A stretch of DNA of 44,022 nt from Candidatus Micrarchaeota archaeon (GCA_043810635.1 JBDRNY010000068.1:1-44022), one strand, 5' to 3'; positions 15,941 to 27,443 are shown, numbered from the stretch's first letter. Numbers and translations are program-made. Notes: generated from the letters alone by a model not told the origin.

Positions 15941-18900
15941 CTACTCGTTGCTGTTCCAATAGTCATCCTTCATCCTGAATATCCTTATCTGCGGGGAATT
16001 ATAAACCAAATCAAACCCTTCCAATTCATCCAAAAAGAATGCGGAGTATACATTTGAATTATAGAATTCTGTGCTCCTGTCTTCCCATCCGCTTACATAC
16101 TGCCCGTTTTCATCAACCCAGCTTTCATCTTTTGTATAATATGCTGTCAATATTATATTCTGCCCTTCCATATACCCCATCCAGTTTGCTTTTTGCAATT
16201 TCAATTTTCCGCTTTCATCTGTTTCATTAAGCCAATAAGTTCTTATCAACATCTGCCCGTTTACAAATTCCTGGGCTGCACAATATTTTGGCTGCGGATT
16301 GGCCTGCCCGCCCACAACCCTTGGTATTCCGTATGCCACTACTCCGTACATTCCCTGGGATTCTGATATTGCGCACGGGCTTTGCTGCTCTTCAGGGGGT
16401 ATAAGCAGCTGCTCCCAAAGATGCTCCATTTCGCATTCAGAATTGCCAGGCCATTTTTCAACAGTTGTTTTATTTGCCCACGCACACCCCAAATAATTAA
16501 GCGCCCCGTATTTTCCGCCCAAAATAATATTTCTTTTGTCTGCCCCATTTCCAAGTATTTCAACATCAATAAGCGCATACCTTGAATCATACTCTCTCAT
16601 AGTCTGCCGCAGAGTTTTCACATCTGAATGCAAAAATGAATTTGCAGTCCTTCCAATCATTTCAAGCGAAGCATGCTCATTTCTCAGCACCGCCCTCCTC
16701 TCCCCGAAGAAGTTAATCCAGTGCCCATAATCCCACCATGAAATAGTCCTTCCTTCTTCCTCCACATTCTCTCCTATCCATTGCATGGAATCAAGCCAAT
16801 AGGGCGCAACAAAACTGCACCTATAGCCTATTGCAATGCCCATATCTGTCGGCACCGGCTTGCCATATTCCAGCCAAAGGGAGCGCCCGCACAATTCCCC
16901 GTTGTAATATACAGAAGGTGTTTTCATTGTCTGCTCCCAATTTTCAATGCTCGGGCATATCGGATTCATCGGGTCAAGCAAGCAATATCTTTCCAGTTTC
17001 GGAAGCACTTCATCCTGGTTGTCATATATCCTCGGCGTAAATGAATTTGCAAGCAATGGCATTGCGCTATATCCATAAGAATTTATGAGCACATCAAACA
17101 ATGGCGTTGTATTCTCTGCCCCGGGCATTTGCAATGCCACTCCATATGCCCCCCCAAATTCGAAAAATACAAGCAATACCACTCCGAGTGCAGCAAGCCT
17201 TTTTCCCCAAAGCACAACTCTCGCTTTTCTCGCCTCACTCTTTTCCTTCTCTTTCTCCCCCTCTCTTGAATAATACCTTTTTATAACAAACCTCACCGCT
17301 CTTTCCAGCATGCCCCAAGTTGCGCATACCAAAAACATCACAGCAACAGCCAAATACATTGTCAGCTTCTGCTTTCCAAAACCTACAAGCACCACCGGCA
17401 CTGCAAATGGAAGAATGATAAGTGCATCAAGTGCCCATGCCCTTCTTTTATATGCAGAATATGCCCAGCTGACAAGCAAAGCAACGCTTCCCCAAAAAAC
17501 AAAAAATGTAAGCAAGCTGTTTCCTTTCTCAACATAACCCAGGGATTCAAAGCCAGCCATCCAGTTCATGAATTTTACAAACAATTCATAAGCAGAATTT
17601 AGAATAACAGTTGAAGCAACATTTACAAGCGCAAAAAATGCGGAAGCAAGGGAATAGAGCCAAATTCCCAAATCCCCCGAAGGGTTGTTAATCGAGCCAA
17701 GAGGCGCCCCTATAAACCCAATCTGGCCGGTGTAATACTGGCTTCCCGGCGCCTGCTCTGCAATAGTTCTGTACAATGGTTCGGTATATGCCCCGAACAA
17801 TACATAAGTGCCTGTCAATTGCTTTATTTCGGCAATATTTTGCGCAAAAGAAAACAATATCAACCCAACAATTCCTGCTATTGCAAGCACCGTAACTCTT
17901 TGCACCAAATCCGCTTTAACTACTATTTCCCTCTCCTTTTCTTCAGTCTTTCTGGACAATCTTATGGTTCCTGCAATTACCATCAGGATTACTGCAACAT
18001 ATACGCCCGAATCCCATTTTAATATATTCGCAAAATTTAGAACAAATCCTCCAATCAGAACAACAATAGAAATCCCAAACAATGCTTTTGGGATTATATC
18101 TTGCTGCAACACTACTGGAAGTTTAATGCCCCCAACAATATTTGTTTTTCCAGAAACGATTCTGCCCAGTGCCCACGGAACCAGAAATGCAAATGTTGGT
18201 ATAAGAATAAACATCACAGTGCTTTTTACCGTGCTTCCGAAAGCTATGCCCCCAAAAATCTGATATATGAAAATAATCAGCCTGCAAATTATCATGAAAA
18301 GAGCAAACATCCCCGCCATATTTGCCATTTTTGCATTTTCTTCATTAGGCTCAACAAAATTCGCAATGCCCATTGCAAATATTGTCAATGTCAAAAAGAA
18401 AAGTGCCAAATCACTCAAATTTGAGCCGAGAAAAGTTGCAAAACATGCAAAAAGCAAAAACAGCATTCCCGCCTGGAATTTTTCATTTTCCACCAGCCCT
18501 TTCACGCTTTCTTTCCAATTTCCCATTCCAAATTTAAACTCCCCTCTTTTTATTGCATATGCAATTGCCGCCATCAACATTGCAATTGCAAATATGTTAT
18601 ATGGTTCGATTTGAAAATCTCCCCCCCTGGAATTTTACAAGCATTATGGGCATAAATGCCGCAAGCCCCGCAGCCAAAAGCCCCACCCTGCGGTTATACA
18701 ATGTTTTGAAAAGAAAGTATGCAAAAAATGCTGCAAGCGCCCCTATAATCGGGGGGTAAACACTGCCGGATTCTATCAATCTATACGGGCTGTATTCCTC
18801 TTCCCCGTTGTAAATTGAAAACCATGAAGCAAGCATATATTTCCAAAGAGGCTGGCCCATATGGCTTGATTCCACTTCAGGATACCATGCAGTGCTGTCA

Positions 18901-19367
18901 TCAAAATAATTATGCCCTTCATATACCACCTGCCTCACGCCATCCAAATAAAAATAAGGGTCCAAATCCATTATCGGTATGCCTGAATTTGAAAAGCCGA
19001 TGGAAAATATTGAGACCATGATAAGCGTAACTAATATGCATATCACTCCCTCCTGCCCCGGCAGCTTGAATTCAAATTTGCTTTTCGGAATTTCAATTGC
19101 CCTATCTTTTATTGCCAAAAACAAGCCAAGCAAAAATACAATCAGCCAATTAACATAAATCAGTAAAGGGGAAAACATTATTCCGATAAAATTTTCAAGC
19201 AGAAAAAGAAAAGGCACCAAAATAATTCCAAAAGCATAGCCAAAAACAATTTTTTCAAACCAATTTACACTTTCATCTTTCCTAAAAACCCACCATGCCC
19301 AGGGCAATCCTGCAATGCCGAAAATTATGGCAACAAGTAATGCAAATGTTTTGTCAAAAACCAGCAC
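15941..19367 (-). CDS. aglB: Oligosaccharyltransferase AglB/STT3, split by one extra base in a G7 run (18621-18627)
   Basis: DLDPYFYL and YPP in the 5' ORF; TIAEQ and SWWDYGHWI in the 3' ORF; deleting one G joins FQGG-DFQIEPYN into one frame of about 1140 aa; SD GGTGA before GTG 19367. Confidence 0.9.
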
Positions 19368-19538
19368 AGTGCTTCACCAAAAATATATGTTAATATCAAT
19401 GTTTTTAACCCTTAATAGCACCCCAACACCCGAAAAACAAGTTTTTTAACTTCAACAACATATATATTTTCGGCTATAATCGGCCTTCTATGAGGTAGAA
19501 TATATTCTTTTGGAAAGGGTAAGCATGAGGGGGCATCT

Positions 19539-19733
19539 GTGTCAAAATTGTTCGAATATGGCAAAAATAATGAACTGATGGTTTTTACAGGGGATTTAGG
19601 CTGCTCAGTATTTGAAGGATTTTTACAAAAATATATCGAAGTATGCGTTGCGGGGCAAAATATTGCCGGTACGGGGAAGCTCTCAAAGAAATTGATTATG
19701 GAAAAAAAGGCGGGAAGACATGAGGTTGGATAA
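19539..19733 (+). CDS. Possible small hypothetical protein
   Basis: 64-codon ORF whose TAA abuts the ATG of the radical SAM gene; no motif recognised and start uncertain. Confidence 0.3.
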   Translation: MSKLFEYGKNNELMVFTGDLGCSVFEGFLQKYIEVCVAGQNIAGTGKLSKKLIMEKKAGRHEVG

Positions 19734-21173
19734 ATGAGCAAAATTCTTTTGGTATGCAGCAGCTTTGAAGAAAATACCCTCAGCAAAAACTATTCAAACA
19801 AGGAATGGGTGCAGAATGAAATAGACAAATCCCATTATCCAATCGGAATATCATATCTCCACTCTTATATAGAAAATCAGGGGCATGAAGTAAAAACCCT
19901 ATTCCTAAACACCTACAGCTATGAAATTTGCTATGATGAAGTAAAAAAGGCAGTAAGTGAATTCAAGCCGGATATAGTCGGTTTGCAAATCCTCACGCAG
20001 AACAGAGTGAGCAGCTATCACCTGATAGAATACCTGCGCAAGCACCATCCTGAAATCCATTTAGTTGTTGGCGGAATACATGCAACAGCTATGTATAAGC
20101 AGCTGATAGAAAAATTCCCATATCTTGTAATCGTCATTGGGGAAGGGGAGCTGACTTTCTCCGAATTAATCAAAACATTGGAAAGCAAAACCACTCTGGA
20201 AGATATTGATGGAATTGTATTCAGCAGAAACGGGCAGCTAATCCAAACAAAGCCGCGCCCGCTCATCCATGACCTTGATACGCTTCCATTTCCAAAGCAT
20301 GAGCTATTCTTCACACCAAACCGGACACATAGCTGTGTTCTGACAACCCGCGGTTGCCCCTTCCGCTGCAGTTTTTGTGCATTAGAGCATATCACTAAAA
20401 GAATGCACAGAAAGCGCTCAGTAAAGAATGTAATTGAAGAGATTGAGTTTCTTAAAAACAAATTCCCGCAAATGAAAACAGTCTGGTTACACGACGACAC
20501 ATTTTTCCTTGACAACCAAAGAGTTATTGAATTCTGCAACGAAGTCATAAAAAGAAAGCTAAACTTAGAGCTTGAGTTTGTGGCAAGTGCAAGAATAAAG
20601 CCGGTTTGCGGGGAAATGGTCAAAAAGCTGGAAGAAGCGAATTTTGTGAAAGTGTTGTTTGGATTGGAAAGCGGAACAGATGAAATACTTCTTCGTGCCC
20701 ACAAAAACATAACCCAAAAAGATACAATAGAAACATTCAAGCTGTTTGCAAAAACAAACATTGAAATAACAGCGTTTCTTATAGTCGGCTTGCCTGGGGA
20801 AACTCAGGAAACAATCTACAATACTGCAAACTTCATAAAAAAGCTCCAGAGGATAAACTACCTTTATTACAATGATATCGGGGTTTTGATGGTCTATCCC
20901 GGGACAGAAGTATGCCGGTTTGCAGTAGAGGCAGGGCAAATAACTGATGATTTCTGGCTTACAGACGAATTCGTGCCTTTCTATGAAGTTGAGCATTCAA
21001 AGGAAAAGCTTTTTGAATTTAAGAAAATTCTCTTAGACCATATTTCTCTGGGAAGGATAAACACCTGGAGCGGCTTTCAAAAGCAGTGGAGCATGCTTCC
21101 CCATATTGCAAAATACCTATGGGGGCGAAGGGATAAAGTAGCTCAGAAGGTTGGGGTGGGGGCGCACAAATGA
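19734..21173 (+). CDS. B12-binding domain radical SAM protein (class B methyltransferase-like)
   Basis: YPIGISYL, KPDIVGL, VVGGIHAT, GEGELTF, RGCPFRCSFC (CxxxCxxC), DDTF, GLESG, GLPGET. Confidence 0.92.
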   Translation: MSKILLVCSSFEENTLSKNYSNKEWVQNEIDKSHYPIGISYLHSYIENQGHEVKTLFLNTYSYEICYDEVKKAVSEFKPDIVGLQILTQNRVSSYHLIEYLRKHHPEIHLVVGGIHATAMYKQLIEKFPYLVIVIGEGELTFSELIKTLESKTTLEDIDGIVFSRNGQLIQTKPRPLIHDLDTLPFPKHELFFTPNRTHSCVLTTRGCPFRCSFCALEHITKRMHRKRSVKNVIEEIEFLKNKFPQMKTVWLHDDTFFLDNQRVIEFCNEVIKRKLNLELEFVASARIKPVCGEMVKKLEEANFVKVLFGLESGTDEILLRAHKNITQKDTIETFKLFAKTNIEITAFLIVGLPGETQETIYNTANFIKKLQRINYLYYNDIGVLMVYPGTEVCRFAVEAGQITDDFWLTDEFVPFYEVEHSKEKLFEFKKILLDHISLGRINTWSGFQKQWSMLPHIAKYLWGRRDKVAQKVGVGAHK

Positions 21174-21361
21174 AATACAAAATTGAATTTGACTGGGATA
21201 AATGCATCGGATGCGAAAGCTGCTGCTCTATCTGCGATAACTGGCAGATGAAAGGCGCGAAAGCCGCGCCAAAACAAACTGAGTTGGAAGAAATCGGCTG
21301 CAACAAAGAAGCAGAGCAATACTGCCCGGTAGGGGCAATAAAGATACTAAAAAATGAATAG
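21170..21361 (+). CDS. Small monocluster ferredoxin
   Basis: CIGCESCCSIC and YCPVGAI; ATGA-type overlap with the radical SAM stop. Confidence 0.88.
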   Translation: MKYKIEFDWDKCIGCESCCSICDNWQMKGAKAAPKQTELEEIGCNKEAEQYCPVGAIKILKNE

Positions 21362-21365
21362 AAAG

Positions 21366-22259
21366 CTAATATCTGTCCGCTTTCAGCTTTTCAATATCCA
21401 GCTTTCCCTTATTCTCGCTATAATATCTGCACAATTCCCTTATTCCCTCCTCAATCGGGGTAAATTCCAGCCCTTTTATTTCCTCCCTCAACCTTGAATT
21501 ATCCCCCGTATATTCCCTTCCCATCCCGGGGTTGCTCACTTTAATTTCCAGGCTTTTTCCAGTAACTTCATTTATTTTTTTTGCAATTGAAAGCAAATCA
21601 ACCGGCTTATCCGGAGTTGCATTGTAAAATTTGTACCTTCCCCTGTTTTCAATAAAATATTTCACAATCTTTACAAAATCATCAATATACAAATAATCAA
21701 AGAAAACATTCTTGTTTGCAATTGACATGGGCAGGTCAAATGCAGCTTTTGCACAATTGTTTGAAATAAATCTAGTTTCATAATCTTCATATTTGCCATA
21801 ACATCCGAACATTCTCAGGCAAACAATATCTTCCTCCGCATTTTCAATATATTTTGAGCAAACATATTTGTAAAATCCATAATCATCTGCAGGCAGGTGC
21901 TTTCCAAAATACTCCTCATCCATCTTCGGATTGCTGTGCAGTTTTGAATATTCTGCCCCAGAGCCGCATTGTATCATCTTTTTCCAGTATTTTTTGCATT
22001 TTATTATGTTGAAAAACATCCTCAAATTCTTTTCAGCCAAATTTTCCACTTTTACTTTTCTGCTTCCCCCGATACTGGCACAATGAAATACAGCATCAAC
22101 CGGATTTTTTTCAAAATATTTTTCAACAGCTTCGCTGTCCAGCAAATCCAATTCCTTGCGTGATGGTGCGACTATTTCATATTCTTTCCCCGCCTGCTCA
22201 ATAAAATTTTTGCCGTTAAAGCCCGAGCCGCCTGATACAAATATTTTCTTTTTTCCCAT
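21366..22259 (-). CDS. NAD-dependent NDP-sugar reductase/epimerase (YerF or CDP-dideoxyhexose synthase-like)
   Basis: GGSGFNG Rossmann motif, YGFYK catalytic motif, FDYLYIDD; directly downstream of rfbH. Confidence 0.85.
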   Translation of the reverse strand: MGKKKIFVSGGSGFNGKNFIEQAGKEYEIVAPSRKELDLLDSEAVEKYFEKNPVDAVFHCASIGGSRKVKVENLAEKNLRMFFNIIKCKKYWKKMIQCGSGAEYSKLHSNPKMDEEYFGKHLPADDYGFYKYVCSKYIENAEEDIVCLRMFGCYGKYEDYETRFISNNCAKAAFDLPMSIANKNVFFDYLYIDDFVKIVKYFIENRGRYKFYNATPDKPVDLLSIAKKINEVTGKSLEIKVSNPGMGREYTGDNSRLREEIKGLEFTPIEEGIRELCRYYSENKGKLDIEKLKADRY

Positions 22260-23579
22260 CTATTTCCCCCTCTTTTTCAAAAATTTCCCAAAGCATTCTC
22301 CGACATACTCCTTCATTCCCCCGCGCAATCCAGGGTACACCCCAATCCAGAATGCATTGTCCATTATCATATCTGCACCATTCAGCTCCCCCACCACTCT
22401 TTTTTCTATGCCGATATATGCCGGCTGCTTTGTGATATTCCCCCCAAAAACCATTCTTGTTGCAATATTCTTTCCTTCCAAATATTGCACAATGTCATTT
22501 CTGGAAAATGGCGCATCTTTCCGCACTGTTAGCGCAAATCCAAAAGGGGAGGGATTTGCCTTTTTCTCCTTCCTCGGAAATATGAAATATTCCCCGTATT
22601 CATTCAGGTTTTTCATATACCATTCAAAATTTTCCCTTCTTTTTTCAATAAATATATCCAATTTCCCCAATTGCGCTAGGCCTATCGCAGCCTGCATATC
22701 TGTTGCCTTCAAATTATACCCGATATTTGAGTAAATATACTTGTGGTCATATCCATACGGCAGTTCCCCCAATTTCCACTTAAACCTCTTTTTGCAGCTG
22801 TCTGCTTTTCCCGGAGCACACCAGCAATCCCTTCCCCAATCCCTAAAAGAATTCACGGCTTTGTTCAGCAAAGCATTTGAGGTAAGCACTGCCCCCCCTT
22901 CCCCGGTTGTTATATGATGTGCCGGGTAAAAGCTGGCTGTTGCCAGCTCCCCAAACATTCCTACTTTCTTTCCATCCCACTCCGCCCCAATAGCGTCACA
23001 GCAGTCTTCAATTAAAAATAAATTGTTTTTTTTGCAAATTTCGGATATTTTGTCGATGTTGAAAGGGTTTCCCAATGTATGCGCAATCATTATTCCTTTT
23101 GTTTTTTCACTCACTGCCTCCTCCAGCATCCCGCAGTTTATATTATATGTCCCCACTTCTGTATCCAAAAATACCGGCACACACCCGGCCTGCAAAATCG
23201 GATTTACTGTTGTCGGAAAGCCTGACGCAGTTGTAATTATTTCATCCCCTTTTCCCAGCCTTTTCTCCCCCGCATGTTCTGGCAAAAATGCGCTTAATGC
23301 AAGCAAATTTGCGGAAGAGCCGGAATTTGCCATAGAGCAATGCTTATGCCCCCACCACTTTGCCATTTCTTTTTCAAATTTTTCATGATATCTTCCTGCA
23401 GTAAGCCAAAAATCAAGGGAGGAATCCACCAAATTAACAATTTCCTTTTCATCATACACCCTTGCGGCATAAGGAATTTTCCCCCCCTTTTTCCACATTT
23501 TGGGCATATGGGCTGCCTTGTAATATTCTTTTGCAAGCTCCAGAATCTTAGCTCTCAGGTCCGCCTCGTCTTTTTTCAT
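22260..23579 (-). CDS. rfbH: CDP-4-keto-6-deoxyglucose 3-dehydratase E1 (RfbH/DdhC)
   Basis: DFWLTAGR, NSGSSANL, EDCCDA, SFYPAHHITTGEGG (His in place of Lys), RDCWC...SC Fe-S ligands, YDHKY. Confidence 0.95.
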   Translation of the reverse strand: MKKDEADLRAKILELAKEYYKAAHMPKMWKKGGKIPYAARVYDEKEIVNLVDSSLDFWLTAGRYHEKFEKEMAKWWGHKHCSMANSGSSANLLALSAFLPEHAGEKRLGKGDEIITTASGFPTTVNPILQAGCVPVFLDTEVGTYNINCGMLEEAVSEKTKGIMIAHTLGNPFNIDKISEICKKNNLFLIEDCCDAIGAEWDGKKVGMFGELATASFYPAHHITTGEGGAVLTSNALLNKAVNSFRDWGRDCWCAPGKADSCKKRFKWKLGELPYGYDHKYIYSNIGYNLKATDMQAAIGLAQLGKLDIFIEKRRENFEWYMKNLNEYGEYFIFPRKEKKANPSPFGFALTVRKDAPFSRNDIVQYLEGKNIATRMVFGGNITKQPAYIGIEKRVVGELNGADMIMDNAFWIGVYPGLRGGMKEYVGECFGKFLKKRGK

Positions 23580-23619
23580 AGTTTTATTAAGCCGTTGAAT
23601 AATTAAAATACTTGGCGCG

Positions 23620-23653
23620 GGAAATCCAACGCCTTCAGGCGTGGGTGATTCAC
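23620..23653 (+). mobile_element. Solo IS200/IS605-family right-end remnant
   Basis: GGAAATCCAACGCC-TTCA-GGCGTGGGTGATTCAC: subterminal hairpin ending in TCAC; no tnpA/tnpB nearby. Confidence 0.6.
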
Positions 23654-23746
23654 AATAGCTTCCTATATTCTCGTTAATTTCAGAGATTTGAGCCGCAAAG
23701 GATAAAATATCTTGCGCTCATATTAAATGTTATATGGTGAGCAGGC

Positions 23747-25513
23747 ATGAAACTTTCTGACTATATTGTAGACTACCTAACTCAGGCAGGAATAAAACAC
23801 GGGTTTTTTATGATAGGCGGGGCCCTTGGCCATATAGCAGATTCCTGCGCCCTCAAAAAATTCAAGCTCTATACAATGCATCATGAGCAGGCGGCAGCCT
23901 TTGCAGCCGAGGGGCAGGCAGCTGCCACCCAAAAGCCGGGGCTTGCAATGGCAACCAGCGGGCCCGGGGCGACAAACCTGATAACCGGAATAGGGAGCGC
24001 TTATTATGCATCCACCCCGACAGTTTTCATAACCGGGCAGGTAAATACTTTTGAATCAAACATAGGCGGAAAACGCAGGCAGGTCGGATTTCAGGAAACA
24101 GACATTGTATCAATAATCAGGCCGATAACCAAATATGCCATGACAATATCTGACCCCGGAAAAGTATGCTATGAGCTTGAAAAAGCGGTTTTTTTGGCAA
24201 CGCACGGGCGCAACGGGCCGGTGCTGATTGATTTCCCCCTTGATGTGCAGAGGGCCGACATATCCCCCGCCAAACAGGAGCATTTTACAGGCTCAAAAGA
24301 GCACAACGAGCTCTCCAAAAAAAAACAGATAACAAAACAGGAGCTGGACACATTTTCCACCCTGCTCTCAAACTCTGAGCGGCCGATGATTTTGGCCGGC
24401 CACGGGGTTCGCCTGTCCAAAGCCCGTGACGAGCTGCGCAAATTTGCAGAAAAAACCAAAATTCCGGTTGTTGCCTCTCTCATGGGGACAGACAGCCTGC
24501 CAAGCCACCACCCCCTCTATTACGGTTTTATAGGCACATATGGCGGAAGGCATGCAAACTTTGCGCTTGCAAATGCTGACCTCATAATTGTGTTTGGAGC
24601 AAGGCTGGACTCGCGCCAGATTGGAGTTCAGGCATTAAAATTTGCGCCGGCGGCAAAAATAATTCACATAGATATAGATTCAAGCGAATTGGGGGCGTCT
24701 GTAAAAGAAGAGCTTTCCATAAATGCAGACATAAAAGAATTCCTTTCACAGGCTCTTGCGATTCTGCCGGGCATGAAACCCGGCAATGGATGGAAAAGCC
24801 ATCTAAAATGGCTGAAGGAAAAATACGGAACCCAAAATCAGGATGCTGGCAGGCAGGCAATAAACCCTGTCACGGCACTTGGTGCAGTTTCAAAAGCTGC
24901 CAAGGAAGAAAGCTTTGTCAGTGTTGATGTCGGTGCCCACCAGATGTGGTTTGCACAGGCATGGCAGGTGAAAAAAAACCAGACTATTTTTACAAACGGG
25001 GGAATGGGCCCGATGGGCTGCGCAATCCCCACCGCAATCGGCGCCTGGCTTTCTGACAAATCCAAATCTGCCTGGGCTGTTTGCGGCGATGGCGGCTTTC
25101 AGCTGAATATCCAGGAATTGCAGACAATTGTAAGGAACAACATCCCCTTAAAAATCATAATACTAAACAACAAGTCATTGGGGATGCTGACTCAGTTTCA
25201 GTCGGAGAATTTTGAGGGGAGGCTTATAGGAAGCATGGACGGGTATGACACCCCTGATTTTGTAAAAGTTTCAAATGCATATAAAATACCTGCCAAAAGG
25301 GCAGAGCACCCTGATGAGCTTGAGGAAAAAATCAGCTGGCTTGCCAATGAGGAAAACGCCGCAGTTTTGGAAATAATAATTCCAAATACATTCTGGACAT
25401 TTCCAAAAGCAACCTATTCCAAGCCAGTCTATGACATGAAGCCGTATTTAACAGATGAAGAAATGCAAAATGCCCTAAAATATGTTTGGGAGGCGTGTTC
25501 CAAAAAGAAATAA
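23747..25513 (+). CDS. ThDP-dependent acetolactate synthase-like enzyme, YerE-like sugar carboligase candidate
   Basis: HHEQAAAFAA, TSGPGATN, GFQETDI, GDGGFQLNIQEL...NN; sits among rfbF/G/H with no ilvN/ilvC neighbours. Confidence 0.88.
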   Translation: MKLSDYIVDYLTQAGIKHGFFMIGGALGHIADSCALKKFKLYTMHHEQAAAFAAEGQAAATQKPGLAMATSGPGATNLITGIGSAYYASTPTVFITGQVNTFESNIGGKRRQVGFQETDIVSIIRPITKYAMTISDPGKVCYELEKAVFLATHGRNGPVLIDFPLDVQRADISPAKQEHFTGSKEHNELSKKKQITKQELDTFSTLLSNSERPMILAGHGVRLSKARDELRKFAEKTKIPVVASLMGTDSLPSHHPLYYGFIGTYGGRHANFALANADLIIVFGARLDSRQIGVQALKFAPAAKIIHIDIDSSELGASVKEELSINADIKEFLSQALAILPGMKPGNGWKSHLKWLKEKYGTQNQDAGRQAINPVTALGAVSKAAKEESFVSVDVGAHQMWFAQAWQVKKNQTIFTNGGMGPMGCAIPTAIGAWLSDKSKSAWAVCGDGGFQLNIQELQTIVRNNIPLKIIILNNKSLGMLTQFQSENFEGRLIGSMDGYDTPDFVKVSNAYKIPAKRAEHPDELEEKISWLANEENAAVLEIIIPNTFWTFPKATYSKPVYDMKPYLTDEEMQNALKYVWEACSKKK

Positions 25514-25523
25514 CTTACCTGTT

Positions 25524-26522
25524 TTAATTCCTTTTCACTTTCATCGCTTTATCAACCGCAACTTTTGCAAGCGGCCAAATAATAAATGTAAAATATGATG
25601 CCAAAAACAGGACATCTGCAAGAAATACAATCTTAACCGAAGGATAACACGCCAGGGCAATTCCGCATTTTCCCCTGCACACATCCCCTTTATTTTGGCT
25701 TACTGCCCGCACTGCCTGCCTCAAAGACGCCCACGCAGTAGTCTCAAGCATCTTCGCGCGCAACTTTTCGTTCAGCGCATTTTTTTCAACAAAAGAATCA
25801 AACAATTTATGTATCATGCTATATTGTTCAGTCAGCAAAATCCCCCTGTCATATATCAGGCCTGTCCCGCTGCTTCCATGTATCCTGTAGCTTGAAGTGC
25901 TCTCCGAATTATATGCCCCGCCCCATTTGTACACAATTTTCAGCCACATCTGATAATCACAGGGTCCTGGATACTGCGGGTCGTACTCACCCACCTCATC
26001 CTGCACTTTCATTCTAACCATAACTGTGCAAACCGGAGTAATATCCCTTTTAATATATTCAGAAAATAATTCCCGCGCAGAAATGGCCCTCGATTCCCCC
26101 GAATAAGCATTTATTGCCGGGATTTTATGCGCCCGCCCATCAGAACCAATATTTCTGAACCTGCAAAAGCTCATCCCTGCCCCCGGATTTTTCTCCAAAA
26201 GCGCAACCGAGCTTGACAAAAATTTCTCATCCCACAAATCATCTGCGTGCAAATATGCAATATATTTGCCTTCAGCCTCACGCAAGCCCGCATTCAAATT
26301 GCCGACATATCCAATATTTCTCTCATGCTCAATGAGCCTAAATCGCGCATCTCCCAAAATAAATCCGCGTATTTTGGCAACTGTATCATCCGTGGATTTA
26401 TTGTCCAAAATAAGGCATTCAAAATCCTCAAAATCCTGATTCTTGATGCTTCTAAGCGTATCCAAAATATATTCGGAGCCGTTTCTCTCAGGCACTATAA
26501 CTGACACTTTAGGCTTAGCCAT
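25524..26522 (-). CDS. Glycosyltransferase family 2
   Basis: VSVIVP, LDNKSTD, YLHADD, CDYQMWLK. Confidence 0.9.
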   Translation of the reverse strand: MAKPKVSVIVPERNGSEYILDTLRSIKNQDFEDFECLILDNKSTDDTVAKIRGFILGDARFRLIEHERNIGYVGNLNAGLREAEGKYIAYLHADDLWDEKFLSSSVALLEKNPGAGMSFCRFRNIGSDGRAHKIPAINAYSGESRAISARELFSEYIKRDITPVCTVMVRMKVQDEVGEYDPQYPGPCDYQMWLKIVYKWGGAYNSESTSSYRIHGSSGTGLIYDRGILLTEQYSMIHKLFDSFVEKNALNEKLRAKMLETTAWASLRQAVRAVSQNKGDVCRGKCGIALACYPSVKIVFLADVLFLASYFTFIIWPLAKVAVDKAMKVKRN

Positions 26523-26639
26523 ATTATCCTCTATTTTTGTACTGGTTTAATAGTTTATTGGCTTCCAAAACCTTTAAATACGCTATTTTACATATTATAT
26601 AACCTATAATCTATGCTCAATCAATAAAAGGTCTTGGCA

Positions 26640-27443
26640 ATGAATAACTTTATGGATGAAGTAAATAAATGGCCTGTGGTTATACTCTGTGGCGGGAAAG
26701 GCACTCGTTTGCGCGAGGAGACTGAGTTTAAGCCAAAACCCATGGTGGAAGTGGGGGGCCAGCCAATCCTTGTTCACATAATGAAGATTTATGCCAAATA
26801 CGGCCAAAAACGCTTTATTTTGGCCCTGGGCTATAAAGGGGAGTTGATAAAGGAATATTTCCATTCCCGGGACATATTGGATCACGACATAACCCTCAAT
26901 CTTGCAGACCGCTCACAGGACAAAATACACACAAACCCCTCAAGGAAATTTGACTGGGAGGTAACGTTTGCCGACACCGGCCTTGAGGCATCAACAGGCG
27001 CGCGCATAAAAAAAGTTGAAAAATATATTGACACCGACAATTTCTTTGTAACCTATGGTGACGGGCTTGCCGACATTGACATCTCATCCCTTGCCAAATT
27101 CCATATTGAGCAAAAAACCATTGCCACTCTCTCGGGTGTGCGCCCGCCCTCAAGGTTCGGGCTTTTGGAAATTGATGATACAAAAGTAAAAAAATTCAGG
27201 GAAAAGCCATTGATTGAAGAGTATGTAAATGGAGGTTTTTATGTATTTCACAAAAATGTCCTCTCCCGCCTCTCAGCTGACGATTCCTGCAGCCTTGAAA
27301 AAGAGCCGCTTTCAAAGCTTGCGCTTGACGGCGAGCTTTCAATTTACAAGCACAACAGCTTCTGGCATATGATGGACAATTACAAAGATTATTTGGATCT
27401 GAACAAAATGTGGGACAGCGGAAAGGCGAAATGGAAGGTGTAG
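26640..27443 (+). CDS. rfbF: Glucose-1-phosphate cytidylyltransferase
   Basis: ILCGGKGTRLREETEFKPKPMV, TYGDGLAD, VNGGF, FWHMMD, WDSGKAKWKV. Confidence 0.94.
   Translation: MNNFMDEVNKWPVVILCGGKGTRLREETEFKPKPMVEVGGQPILVHIMKIYAKYGQKRFILALGYKGELIKEYFHSRDILDHDITLNLADRSQDKIHTNPSRKFDWEVTFADTGLEASTGARIKKVEKYIDTDNFFVTYGDGLADIDISSLAKFHIEQKTIATLSGVRPPSRFGLLEIDDTKVKKFREKPLIEEYVNGGFYVFHKNVLSRLSADDSCSLEKEPLSKLALDGELSIYKHNSFWHMMDNYKDYLDLNKMWDSGKAKWKV

Noticed and set aside
20018-20761. 247-aa minus-strand ORF
   Set aside because: Antisense to the radical SAM gene; no independent motif
23747-25513. Assignment as housekeeping ilvB
   Set aside because: No regulatory subunit or ilvC/ilvD nearby; the sugar-cluster context favours a YerE-like role, so no symbol was given
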